Assembly: GCA_945862165.1 (NCBI GenBank)
Contig: CAMAXI010000008.1
Coordinates: forward strand, 34,570-98,569
Direction: 5' to 3'
From: Chryseobacterium gleum
Lineage (GTDB): Bacteria > Bacteroidota > Bacteroidia > Flavobacteriales_D > Crocinitomicaceae
Length of the DNA: 64,000 nucleotides
Positions 20,951 to 30,491 of the stretch are shown one piece after another (the stretch's first letter is position 1; each line of letters opens with the position of its first letter). The position numbers and the translations under genes were made by a program. Below the pieces are notes generated by a model, which was not told the DNA's origin, searched no databases, and was given only the letters and a program-made list of their open reading frames with translations.

Positions 20951-23335
20951 TTAATTTTTAAGGAATTTAAATGGATTAGAAAACCTGTTTTTTTGCACAT
21001 ATAAAAAATAAACACCTTTTTCAAGTTGACTTATATCGATGGAATATAAATTCTCTAAATTTCGAGTAAGTTCAAATTGTAAACAAGTTTTTCCGGATAA
21101 ATCAACCACCGATATTTTCTTTAAATCTTCATTGGATTCTATGTGCAAAATATCTTCCACTGGATTTGGGTATACATTCCAAATGTCTAAATCTACCAAT
21201 CCTAGCCCTACTGTGCTTCCAACATAAATTTGGGTTGATTTTTTACATCCATTTGTATCTTGAACCATAACAATATAGGATGAATCACCTTTCAATTCAG
21301 TTCTATTTTTAGCATAAATGGTATCTCCCCAATAATAACTATACGGAGGATTACCACCAGAAACAAATAAGGAAATAATACCTTTAGCTTTAATGGATTC
21401 ATCTTTCACTAAATAATCAATCGTCAATGAATCTGGATTTGTTAATGTGACTTTTATCGAATCTTCACAATTGTTTCCATCTACCACTTTGATGGTATAT
21501 AATCCAGAGCTTGCATTATTTACGAACAATTGATTACTTGCAACGCCATTCCATTTAACCTTTGTTATGATTCCTGGATTATCCGTAGTAATAGAAATAT
21601 AACCACTTTTTCCGTTATAACACAAAGGATGTCTTAAACTATCAATTTCAATGATTGGATTTGAAAATGGACGCAAGGAAATATTCGCTGAATCAAAAAC
21701 ACAATTGTAGTAATCCGTTATCTTAACTGCATATTGACCTACCGGAAGTTTTGAAATAATTGAATCTGTACTCCCTGTATTCCATAAATAGGATACTGGA
21801 TATGTAACGTTTAAAGGAGTAACCCTTAATTCACCGGTTGCAAACTGACATTTGGTGTTGATTTTATCAATTTTGGTCGATAATTTACAATATGGTGAAG
21901 TAAAAGCCTGAATTATTGGAACCGATTTTTTAGTCCCTGAAAAATAAGAATCTAAGGTTTGGAAAGAAACTTGGCCAATCCGCATGAAAACAGTGTTTTT
22001 TTGATAAAAATTATCACACAATTTAATTCCCATGGATCCACCTCCATTCGTTTTTTGAATGGCTATTAAATAGCTTCCCGTATCCAAAAGAACTCTATCT
22101 AAAGCATTACTTTTAAGCTTTAAATACTTCGTGTTTGTTCCATTAGTGAGCGTAAAAACATCACTTTTCCCTAATTCAACAATCGAGACTTTACCATTTA
22201 AAATAGGAAAAACAAATGCTTGTACTAAAGTTCCGTTAGTAGCATTAGTAGATTCAAAATAAATAGAATCTAAGTAACTAGCATTTTTGAAAGAAAACAA
22301 ATTACCTATCGTAATCGTATTAGAACTCGTCAAATCAAATACAGAACTCATTTTCGCATTATCTCTAGCATAACTAGCCTGTGTTATCGAAATTGGAATA
22401 TTTAATGAATCATTACTAAACACAGTATCTTTAGAGGTTTTTATCCAATGTTTTAAGAGATAGGTAGTGTTCTTTTTTGTTGGTAAAAATTTACCTAACA
22501 CTAAGGTAACCGTATCATTTAATGAAAGATTTTTATATAATTTAGAAGTAGTAAATAATAATTTTGGACTTACTCCTTGTTCTATAACTTGGACATTCAA
22601 CTCCACAGAATCTATGGCAATTGATCCTTCATTATGAAACGTTAACCGCAAAGGAATAGAATCGACTTGACTGATTGGAATCTTAGAATATCTTGCTGCA
22701 TCCACAAAATCAAGACTTACATCTTTCCAAGGAGTTTGTTTTTTCAATTCGAGATTATCGATCGCTAAACCATCTCTAACCAGATTGTTGTCATTATATA
22801 AAAAGGAGATTAAGACATTAGAAATCCCAATATATTTTGACAGATTTACAGAATTTGATTTCCAGGAGTTTTCATTCGGAATCAAATCGAATTCTTTTAC
22901 CCATGAACTTCCTCCGTTTACACTAATCTCAATCGAGGCTTGAGAACCTAATTTCCCGGTGAAAAAATCATCAAATTTAAGAATTAAACTACCTGAAAAA
23001 GTTGGAATATTGATGGTCGGTAATATAAGTCGATCTTTTGACTTATCACAGAATCCAATTCCTTTTTCGTAACTACATCTAACATCATTAGTCATTACAA
23101 ACTTGGTATGACTTGGCACCTTCCAAAGCGAAGTTAAATTAACCAAATAATTGGCTTGAACACTATCTCCTACGGTATAAATCCCATCCAATGAACTACC
23201 TGCTTCCTGCCAATTTAAAGGGAGTTTTGTCGTGTTATTCAAAGCTCCTTCAAAATTTTCAGAAAATAAAATTTGTGCGTTGATGAAAGACATAAACACA
23301 CAACTAAAAATCAGAAATAACCACCTAACAATCAA
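20951..23335 (-). CDS. T9SS cargo protein with N-terminal choice-of-anchor-J/MAM-like domain, SprB-like repeats and CTD
   Basis: Signal peptide. FSENFEG...LPLNWQ start. Repeats of the type Y.WN.G....I..L..G.Y.V...D...C. C-terminal VYPNPVEDILHI...GVYFLYV tail. Confidence 0.7.
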   Translation of the reverse strand: MIVRWLFLIFSCVFMSFINAQILFSENFEGALNNTTKLPLNWQEAGSSLDGIYTVGDSVQANYLVNLTSLWKVPSHTKFVMTNDVRCSYEKGIGFCDKSKDRLILPTINIPTFSGSLILKFDDFFTGKLGSQASIEISVNGGSSWVKEFDLIPNENSWKSNSVNLSKYIGISNVLISFLYNDNNLVRDGLAIDNLELKKQTPWKDVSLDFVDAARYSKIPISQVDSIPLRLTFHNEGSIAIDSVELNVQVIEQGVSPKLLFTTSKLYKNLSLNDTVTLVLGKFLPTKKNTTYLLKHWIKTSKDTVFSNDSLNIPISITQASYARDNAKMSSVFDLTSSNTITIGNLFSFKNASYLDSIYFESTNATNGTLVQAFVFPILNGKVSIVELGKSDVFTLTNGTNTKYLKLKSNALDRVLLDTGSYLIAIQKTNGGGSMGIKLCDNFYQKNTVFMRIGQVSFQTLDSYFSGTKKSVPIIQAFTSPYCKLSTKIDKINTKCQFATGELRVTPLNVTYPVSYLWNTGSTDSIISKLPVGQYAVKITDYYNCVFDSANISLRPFSNPIIEIDSLRHPLCYNGKSGYISITTDNPGIITKVKWNGVASNQLFVNNASSGLYTIKVVDGNNCEDSIKVTLTNPDSLTIDYLVKDESIKAKGIISLFVSGGNPPYSYYWGDTIYAKNRTELKGDSSYIVMVQDTNGCKKSTQIYVGSTVGLGLVDLDIWNVYPNPVEDILHIESNEDLKKISVVDLSGKTCLQFELTRNLENLYSIDISQLEKGVYFLYVQKNRFSNPFKFLKN

Positions 23336-23404
23336 ACAAAAGTCTTTTGAGATTTTATATACTCAAAGATAAAAAGAATACGATGAAAACTTAAATTATT
23401 AGCA

Positions 23405-23432
23405 ATAAAAAAAGCCGGCTTTCGCCGGCTTT
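23405..23432 (-). terminator. Rho-independent terminator after the 598-aa T9SS cargo gene
   Basis: AAGCCGGC-GAAA-GCCGGCTT hairpin followed by T7 on the minus strand. Confidence 0.85.
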
Positions 23433-23455
23433 CATCAATTAAAAAACACTTAAAA

Positions 23456-25252
23456 TTAGTCTTTAATAACTTTTTGTGTGAATGTACCTTCAGCAACTTT
23501 GATATTGATGAAATAAACACCAGCGTTTAATTCAGCAGTGTCAAAAGTTACATTTGCAAATTGGTTTGCATTTTTAGTTGCAATAACTTGACCAGTAACA
23601 TTTACCAATTCAATAGTAGCAGAAGAACTAGCGTTAAATTTAACGTTTAATTCATTTGCAACTGGATTAGGGAAAATTGCTAAGCTAGCAATCGCTAAAT
23701 CATTGATTGAATTTGTTTTCTCAGCAACAGTTACAGAAGCATTAGCAGTACAACCATTAGCATCAGTTACAACAACTGAATAATCACCTTTTGCAACAGT
23801 GATTTCAGAAGTAGTAGCAGCGTTATTCCATGCATAAGTGTATGGAGAGAAACCACCAGCAGTGATTACACTAGCAGTACCATCTGCTTTTCCAAAAGTC
23901 GCATCTGAAGAAGATGTTGTACTTGTAACTTTAGAACTCAATAAGAAAGTATTAAAAAATCCTTTTGTTCCTGGAGATTTAAAATAACCATACGGTAATA
24001 AAACATCCAAAACCTTTAATGTATCATTTGCGGCATCATTAGAAGCAGTGTAAACATAATTGAAGGAAGTAGCATTATTATCTAAAGTATCTAAATAAGA
24101 TAAACTTGAAGTAAATACTCTAGAATGAAAATAACCTTGTTTCTTGGTATAACCTAAAAATTTAGACCAAAAAGCCATTTTATTTAGTAAAGGGTTTTTT
24201 GCAATTGCAAACGCATTAGCATTAGAATATGTTACATTAACCACTTTATTAGAACCTAAACAGTTGTTATCAATAATAGGCGAAGACTCGAAGTTATACT
24301 CTACAACAGGATAGATAATTAAATCTGATTCGAATGGCTTATTATTAGCTCCATCCCAAAACAAAGGATATTGTCCAAATTTAGGAGCTTTTGAAAAGTC
24401 CGGATTTGTTGTTCCTGCAACTAATGGAAATGCTGCACCAAAATAACCAGCATCAACGGTACCATAAGTAACGTTTTTACCATTTACAGCTGTTGACGCA
24501 ACTGTTTGTGAAATAGATACTGTATAAGCATTTTGTCCAGTTCTAGCAACAATCTTTGTACCTGGAGTAATACCTGCTCCTGAAATCTCTTGACCATTCC
24601 AAAACGCAGAACCTAAAGTAAAAGCAGTCGTTGTTAAAGTCGTACCAGTGATTGAAGCAGTTGCAACAGTATTTCTACCATAAACCCCTGTACTATTTAA
24701 GTAAATAGAATCTTTAAGGTCATTTGGCTCAATAGATACTGTAAAATCACCAGTAATATTTAAACTACTTGCTAAATCAAACCAATATGTCGTTAAACTA
24801 CTAGCAGAATAAGCTACATCTTTTGTAACTTTTGCCAACTGGTTAAATTGAGCATCTAAAATTTTAACATCTACAGTCGCTCCAGCTGGATTTAAAGAAA
24901 CTAAAGAAACACCTAAACTTTTAAATTTGATAGGAGATGTGTTTTTGAAACTTTGAGAAACAGTCATCAATTCAACTGTATCAGGTGTTCCGTAATATGG
25001 AGTAATCCATATACCAGCAGTTTTAGGACTACCATACGATCTTTTATTAGCTATATAACCAATAGTATCAGTAATCACCTGTGAACCTCTTTTTTTAGAT
25101 CCGATTTTAAAATCAGGAGTTAAATTACCTTTTTGCTCTACTTCAACAGTAGCATAAGTTGATTTTCTCTCCGTTTTAATTGCTCTTTTTTGTGCGTTTA
25201 CAGACAAAGCCGTAGCAAAAACCGCAAATGATAAAAGTAATTTTTTCTTCAT
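23456..25252 (-). CDS. T9SS cargo protein with unrecognised N-terminal region, one SprB-like repeat and CTD
   Basis: Signal peptide [33 protein letters not shown]...VVVTDANGC repeat. [10 protein letters not shown]...GVYFINI...KVIKD tail. Confidence 0.7.
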   Translation of the reverse strand: MKKKLLLSFAVFATALSVNAQKRAIKTERKSTYATVEVEQKGNLTPDFKIGSKKRGSQVITDTIGYIANKRSYGSPKTAGIWITPYYGTPDTVELMTVSQSFKNTSPIKFKSLGVSLVSLNPAGATVDVKILDAQFNQLAKVTKDVAYSASSLTTYWFDLASSLNITGDFTVSIEPNDLKDSIYLNSTGVYGRNTVATASITGTTLTTTAFTLGSAFWNGQEISGAGITPGTKIVARTGQNAYTVSISQTVASTAVNGKNVTYGTVDAGYFGAAFPLVAGTTNPDFSKAPKFGQYPLFWDGANNKPFESDLIIYPVVEYNFESSPIIDNNCLGSNKVVNVTYSNANAFAIAKNPLLNKMAFWSKFLGYTKKQGYFHSRVFTSSLSYLDTLDNNATSFNYVYTASNDAANDTLKVLDVLLPYGYFKSPGTKGFFNTFLLSSKVTSTTSSSDATFGKADGTASVITAGGFSPYTYAWNNAATTSEITVAKGDYSVVVTDANGCTANASVTVAEKTNSINDLAIASLAIFPNPVANELNVKFNASSSATIELVNVTGQVIATKNANQFANVTFDTAELNAGVYFINIKVAEGTFTQKVIKD

Positions 25253-25280
25253 ATAAATAATTATTAATTAATACTAATGT

Positions 25281-25288
25281 CAAAAATA
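25281..25288 (-). promoter_or_regulatory. Bacteroidetes-type -7 promoter box (TATTTTTG) for the 598-aa cargo gene
   Basis: Exact TAnnTTTG match on the minus strand, 29 nt upstream of the ATG at 25252. Confidence 0.45.
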
Positions 25289-25369
25289 CAAGAAAATGAT
25301 TATAAAAACACTATTAAAGTTTAATATTTATTCACATTGTAAATAAACAACAGCCATTCTACTAGAAAT

Positions 25370-25399
25370 AAAAAAAGGTTGCTTTTGAAAACAACCTTT
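25370..25399 (-). terminator. Rho-independent terminator after the thiolase gene
   Basis: AAGGTTG...CAACCTT hairpin followed by a T-run on the minus strand. Confidence 0.7.
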
Positions 25400-25423
25400 A
25401 AACAAACTAAACTATAATCATCT

Positions 25424-26602
25424 CTATAACATCTCAATAACACCTGCTGCACCTTGTCCAGTACCAACACACATGGTCACAATCCCGTATTTTTGTTTTC
25501 TTCTTTTTAGTTCAGATAGCATTTGAACTGTTAATTTTGCACCAGAACAACCAAGAGGATGTCCTAAAGCAAGTGCACCGCCATTCACATTAACAATTTC
25601 AGTATTCAATTTTAATTCCTCGATTACTGCTAATGATTGACTTGCAAACGCCTCATTTAATTCAATTAAGCTTATATCATTCATTGTCAAGCCTGCTTGC
25701 GCAACAGCTTTAGGAATTGCTCCTACCGGACCCATCCCCATAATTCTTGGTTCTAAACCAACAACTGTATAACTCGCCAAACGAGCAATCGGTTCAATAT
25801 TTAATTCTTTTACCATACGTTCTGACATTACAAGCACGAATGCAGCACCGTCTGAAGTTTGAGAGGAATTACCAGCTGTAATGGATCCACCATTTGCAAA
25901 AACAGGCTTAAGTGCTCCTAAACCTTCCACCGTACTTTTTCGTGGACCTTCATCGGTGTCCACAACATACGATTTAACCTGCCGTTTTTCATTTTTATCT
26001 AAAAAAATATGCTCTACGGTAATCGGAACTATTTCTTCTTTAAACTTTCCTTCGGCAATAGCTTTTAAGGCTTTATCATGGGAATGAACAGCAAACGCAT
26101 CTTGCGCTTCTCTGGAAATATTAAATTGATTTGCAACAGCTTCAGCCGTTAATCCCATCCCCCAATACCACTCCGGATGTTCTTTTGCAACTTTGGAACC
26201 AGGAACAATTCTCCATCCTCCCATCGCCATAATCGACATAGACTCAGCACCACCTGCAATAATACAGTCGGCCATTCCTGCTTCGATTTTCGCTCTTGCC
26301 ATCGCAATCGTTTCTAAGCCTGAAGAACAGTATCTATTAACGGTTATCCCTGGGACTTTAACAGAATCAAAGCCCATCAAAGAAATCATTCTACCCATAT
26401 TTAACCCTTGCTCCGCTTCTGGCGTTGCATTACCAACAATTACATCATCAACGCGATCAGGATCTAATTGTGGAAATTGACACATTAAATGACGAATAAC
26501 TTCAGCACCTAATTCATCCGGTCTAGAAAAGCGAAATCCACCTTTACCAGCTTTACCTATTGCAGTTCTGTATCCTGCTACTATGTAAGAATTTTGACTC
26601 AT
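25424..26602 (-). CDS. Acetyl-CoA C-acyltransferase (3-ketoacyl-CoA thiolase)
   Basis: Thiolase motifs [10 protein letters not shown] (active-site Cys), NEAFA and GHPLGCSGA. 392 aa. Confidence 0.9.
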   Translation of the reverse strand: MSQNSYIVAGYRTAIGKAGKGGFRFSRPDELGAEVIRHLMCQFPQLDPDRVDDVIVGNATPEAEQGLNMGRMISLMGFDSVKVPGITVNRYCSSGLETIAMARAKIEAGMADCIIAGGAESMSIMAMGGWRIVPGSKVAKEHPEWYWGMGLTAEAVANQFNISREAQDAFAVHSHDKALKAIAEGKFKEEIVPITVEHIFLDKNEKRQVKSYVVDTDEGPRKSTVEGLGALKPVFANGGSITAGNSSQTSDGAAFVLVMSERMVKELNIEPIARLASYTVVGLEPRIMGMGPVGAIPKAVAQAGLTMNDISLIELNEAFASQSLAVIEELKLNTEIVNVNGGALALGHPLGCSGAKLTVQMLSELKRRKQKYGIVTMCVGTGQGAAGVIEML

Positions 26603-26666
26603 ATTATTTTAGATTAAAGACGGAAAGAACAAAGATTAAAGACTTGACTTTCCATTTTTTTTTGAA
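26603..26666. repeat. Left word-array flank of the four-helix-bundle gene (AAAGAC-type words)
   Basis: GATTAAAGAC occurs twice, plus GAAAGAAC. It is an imperfect inverted repeat of the right flank at 27021-27056. Confidence 0.6.
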
Positions 26667-27020
26667 TTATTTAGTTATTAATAAGGATTTTTTAAATCCT
26701 GAAATCATTTTCTGTATTTCAATTATTTTCTGTAAACAAAAGGAAGTATCTAATTCGAATAAATCAGAAACTAATATTAATTGCGTTTCTAATTCAAAGG
26801 AAGATGATATTGCAATATTCAAAAAATGAACAAACTCTTTCTCACTAGACCTACCTGAGCCTTCTGCAATATTAGAAGGTATTGAAACAGCAGATCGATT
26901 GATTTGAGAAATTAATCCAAATTTTTCATTTTCTGGAAGTTTTTGAGTAGTTAAATAAACAATTTTAACTAAACCCATTGAGTCTTTCCAAATTTTCAAT
27001 TCTCTAAAATTATGCTTCAC
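26667..27020 (-). CDS. Four-helix-bundle protein (23S rRNA intervening-sequence protein family, Avd-like)
   Basis: F.EL.IW......L....Y.....P..EKFGL.SQI.RSAVSIPSNIAEG..R.S.KEF..FL.IA..S..ELETQ matches the family signature. 117 aa. Confidence 0.85.
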   Translation of the reverse strand: MKHNFRELKIWKDSMGLVKIVYLTTQKLPENEKFGLISQINRSAVSIPSNIAEGSGRSSEKEFVHFLNIAISSSFELETQLILVSDLFELDTSFCLQKIIEIQKMISGFKKSLLITK

Positions 27021-27056
27021 GTAGGTCTTTTTTTCTTTTGTCTACAAATCTTTTGT
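27021..27056. repeat. Right word-array flank of the four-helix-bundle gene (GTCTTT-type words)
   Basis: CTTTTGTCTA occurs twice, plus GGTCTTT. The reverse complement aligns with the left flank at roughly two-thirds identity by eye. Confidence 0.6.
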
Positions 27057-29462
27057 CTAATTACGTAAAATTTTCCCCTGTTTCAAAATACTTTGCAAGC
27101 GTTCTAATGTTTTCTTTTCCATACAAAGTTCTAGAAATGCTTTTCTTTCCAAGTTCAGCACATACTGTTCGGAAACTAATGTGTTTTCAGATAAATCACC
27201 ACCTGCTAATACATACCCAAGTTTTTCTGAAATCACTTGATCATGTTTAGACATATAATTTCCAGATAACATAGAATGTGCTCCAACATATACAATACCT
27301 AAGGCTTCTTTTCCTAGAACTGTAATGTTTTTTGCTCTTTTTGGCGCAATATAACCAGCATCTGCTAACTCTAAACACGCATGCTTCGCTCTCAAAAGCT
27401 GATGATCTCTACTCACAACCACTTCATCTATTCCAACACGTAGATATCCAAGATCAAATGCTTCATGTGCTGATGTAGAAACTTTTGCTTGACCAATTGT
27501 AAGAAATTTATCTCTAAATCTGTTGATTTTGATATCTCCATCTTTTAACTCATCGGAAAGTCGTTTAGCAAACTCTTTCGTACCGCCTCCGCCAGGAATT
27601 AAACCAACACCAAATTCCACTAATCCCATATATAGTTCAGCATGCGCAACTACTTTATCTGCATGCATAGACATTTCACAACTGCCGCCTAAAGCCATAT
27701 TATGGGGAGCAACAATCACAGGAACATTACAATAACGTATACGCATCATCACATCTTGAAAAGCTTTTATTGCAAAATTTAACTCATCGTATTCTTGCTC
27801 GATTGCCATCATAAATATCATTCCGACATTTGCACCTGCAGAAAAATTTTGGCCATTGTTATAGATAACTAAACCACGGTATTCTTTCTCTGCTAAATCA
27901 ATTGCCTTATGAAGTCCTTGCACTACTCCACCTCCAATCGTATTCATTTTTGTATGGAACTCCACATTCAAGATACCTTCTCCGATATCTATAATCGAAA
28001 CATCCGAATTTTTCCATACCGTATGTGAATCTCTTAAAGAATCGAGTATAATTAGATCTTCTGTACCAGGAATTACTTGATTTTCTTTTTCTAACTGATT
28101 ATAAAAATATTTTTTTCCTTCACATTGGGTGTAAAATGTTTTTTGACCTGTTTTCACAAAATCTACTACCCATGGAGCTACTTTACAACCAGCATCTTCA
28201 ATCAATTTCAAACCTGCCTCTACGCCAATTACATCCCATGTCTCAAAAGGACCTAATTCCCAACCGAATCCAGCTTTTAAAGCATCATCAATTTTATAAA
28301 TCTGATCTGAAATTTCAGGGATACGATTTGAAACGTAAGCAAACAGTCCTCCAAACAATTTTCTATAAAACTCTCCTGCTTTATCTTTAGATTCAAAAAG
28401 AATTTTAGTTCTTTTTCGTAAATCATCGATGGATTTTACAGCTTCTAAAGCACTGAATTTAGCTTTTATAGCAGAACGATATTCCATTGAATTTAGGTCT
28501 AAGGTGAAAATTTCACTTTTACCTTCTTCATTGGTTCCTTTTTTATAGAATCCTTGTTTTGATTTTGAACCTAGCCAATTGTTTTCAACCATCGTTGATA
28601 CATATTTAGGAAGTTCAAATTTTTTATTTTCTTCGTCCTGCAAACAATTCTCTCTCAAACCATTCGCAACATGAACTAAAGTATCTAATCCAACAACATC
28701 GCAGGTACGGAAAGTAGCAGATTTAGGCCGACCTAATACAGGACCAGTCAATTTATCTACCTCTTCCACGGTTAAATCCATTTCACCAACTAAATGAAAC
28801 AAAGACATAATCGAATACACTCCGACTCTATTGGCAATAAATGCAGGAGTATCTTTACATAACACCGTCTTTTTACCAAGAAAACGGCTTCCAAAATCCA
28901 TTAAAAATGCGATAATTTCACTTTTTGTTTGGGAAGTTGGAATGATCTCTAACAGTTGCAAATACCTTGGAGGATTAAAAAAATGTGTCCCACAAAAGTG
29001 TTGTTGAAAGTCTTCTGTTCTACCTTCTAACATTAAATGAATTGGAATTCCAGAAGTATTGGAAGAAATAATAGTACCCGGTTTTCTATATTTTTCTACT
29101 TGTTCAAATATTTGTTTTTTGATGTCTAAACGTTCAATAACAACTTCAATAATCCAATCACAATCTGCAATTAATTGCATGTTATCACTGAAATTCCCAG
29201 TTACTATCCTTGAAATAAAACGCTTTGAATAAATTGGTGAAGGGTTTGTTTTTAAAGCAAACTGAAGTGCATCATTCACGATTCTATTTTTAAAAATCGG
29301 TGAATCGGAAGTTAATCCTATAGCTAATTCTTTATCATTTAATTCTTTTGGTTGAATATCTAATAAGATAACTTCACATCCAATATTCGCAAAATGACAT
29401 GCAATTCTTGACCCCATTACACCGGAACCAAGGATGGCAACTTTTCTAATATTTCTATTCAT
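27057..29462 (-). CDS. Bifunctional 3-hydroxyacyl-CoA dehydrogenase / enoyl-CoA hydratase family protein
   Basis: N-terminal NAD-binding VAILGSGVMGSRIA and 3HCDH domains. C-terminal crotonase-like region (NGQNFSAGANVGMIF). 801 aa. Confidence 0.9.
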   Translation of the reverse strand: MNRNIRKVAILGSGVMGSRIACHFANIGCEVILLDIQPKELNDKELAIGLTSDSPIFKNRIVNDALQFALKTNPSPIYSKRFISRIVTGNFSDNMQLIADCDWIIEVVIERLDIKKQIFEQVEKYRKPGTIISSNTSGIPIHLMLEGRTEDFQQHFCGTHFFNPPRYLQLLEIIPTSQTKSEIIAFLMDFGSRFLGKKTVLCKDTPAFIANRVGVYSIMSLFHLVGEMDLTVEEVDKLTGPVLGRPKSATFRTCDVVGLDTLVHVANGLRENCLQDEENKKFELPKYVSTMVENNWLGSKSKQGFYKKGTNEEGKSEIFTLDLNSMEYRSAIKAKFSALEAVKSIDDLRKRTKILFESKDKAGEFYRKLFGGLFAYVSNRIPEISDQIYKIDDALKAGFGWELGPFETWDVIGVEAGLKLIEDAGCKVAPWVVDFVKTGQKTFYTQCEGKKYFYNQLEKENQVIPGTEDLIILDSLRDSHTVWKNSDVSIIDIGEGILNVEFHTKMNTIGGGVVQGLHKAIDLAEKEYRGLVIYNNGQNFSAGANVGMIFMMAIEQEYDELNFAIKAFQDVMMRIRYCNVPVIVAPHNMALGGSCEMSMHADKVVAHAELYMGLVEFGVGLIPGGGGTKEFAKRLSDELKDGDIKINRFRDKFLTIGQAKVSTSAHEAFDLGYLRVGIDEVVVSRDHQLLRAKHACLELADAGYIAPKRAKNITVLGKEALGIVYVGAHSMLSGNYMSKHDQVISEKLGYVLAGGDLSENTLVSEQYVLNLERKAFLELCMEKKTLERLQSILKQGKILRN

Positions 29463-29553
29463 TTCTCTATAATTTCAATATTAACAGTGTTGAAATAGAC
29501 CATTACAATCCTTATTCAACCCAATATTTAAATATAGAAATAATATTTAAAGT

Positions 29554-29961
29554 CTACCACAATTCTTTGGATATTCTAACCGCTCCTTTAAAATGTGCTA
29601 CAAGGATTTTTTCTTGATTTATAATTTCAACGATAAATACAGCGGATGAATTTCCTTTGTACACTAATTTAGAGCTAGCTATTAGAGTATCTCCTGGGTA
29701 AACTTTAGTAACATGAGAAATACTTGTTTCCACACTTACTGCCTTATAACCATAGGAATTAGCCACAAAAGCAAGACACGAATCTGCTAATGAATAGCAT
29801 ATACCTCCGTGTGCAATTTTAAAACCATTTGTGTGTATTTCTTTTACATCCAGTGATAATACTACTTCACCTTCTTTCACTTTATGAATCTGAATTCCTA
29901 GCCATGAACTAAAATCATCGGAATTAAACATCCCTGCAACAATATCTGTTGGAGATTTCAT
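29554..29961 (-). CDS. PaaI-family hotdog-fold thioesterase
   Basis: 135 aa. NGFKIAHGGICYSLADS motif typical of PaaI/YdiI thioesterases. Confidence 0.75.
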   Translation of the reverse strand: MKSPTDIVAGMFNSDDFSSWLGIQIHKVKEGEVVLSLDVKEIHTNGFKIAHGGICYSLADSCLAFVANSYGYKAVSVETSISHVTKVYPGDTLIASSKLVYKGNSSAVFIVEIINQEKILVAHFKGAVRISKELW

Positions 29962-30446
29962 TCTTGAATTATCGCTCTTGATAATAAAGTAATTAAAGCT
30001 GTGGCAACAATAAATAATTGTGTAGCTGTATCGTCGTCTAATGAAGTACCATCTTCATCATCTTCACTAATTTCAATTGCAATAAATTGATTTAAATCTG
30101 GTTGATCACAGAAATCTTCTAGAATTGCTTCATCATCTTCTTCAAAGAATTGATCTAACATCTCGTGAAAAGGACCTTCAAAAGCGTCTAAATCTTCTTC
30201 TTCAATTTGACGACATTTTACACCTTGTTGTAAGAAAGCCTCTGAAAACAAACAGAAATAATAAATAACCAATCCTTGTAATTGTTCATTTTCATATTCT
30301 TGTGCTGCTGATAAAACATATCCAACTAATACAGGTTGTTGTTCTGCGTATTTTTCAGCAATTGCATCTAATGCATCATCATCTAAATTATCTACAATTT
30401 CAATTGCTTTACTGATGCTTGTATGTGTAATATGGATTGTATTCAT
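29958..30446 (-). CDS. Hypothetical strongly acidic protein
   Basis: 162-aa ORF rich in D/E runs. Its stop overlaps the thioesterase start by 4 nt. No family recognised. Confidence 0.5.
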   Translation of the reverse strand: MNTIHITHTSISKAIEIVDNLDDDALDAIAEKYAEQQPVLVGYVLSAAQEYENEQLQGLVIYYFCLFSEAFLQQGVKCRQIEEEDLDAFEGPFHEMLDQFFEEDDEAILEDFCDQPDLNQFIAIEISEDDEDGTSLDDDTATQLFIVATALITLLSRAIIQE

Positions 30447-30458
30447 CTTTATTCCATT

Positions 30459-30481
30459 AAAAAGCCATCTTTCGATGGCTT
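30459..30481 (-). terminator. Rho-independent terminator after dnaN
   Basis: AAGCCATC-GAAA-GATGGCTT hairpin followed by a T-run on the minus strand. Confidence 0.75.
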
Positions 30482-30491
30482 AAATTAGTAT

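Noticed and set aside
29524-29535. Perfect palindrome ATATTTAAATAT upstream of the dehydrogenase gene.
   Set aside because: It is made only of A and T in very AT-rich DNA, so chance occurrence is high. There is no second copy or GC-containing core to support a binding site.
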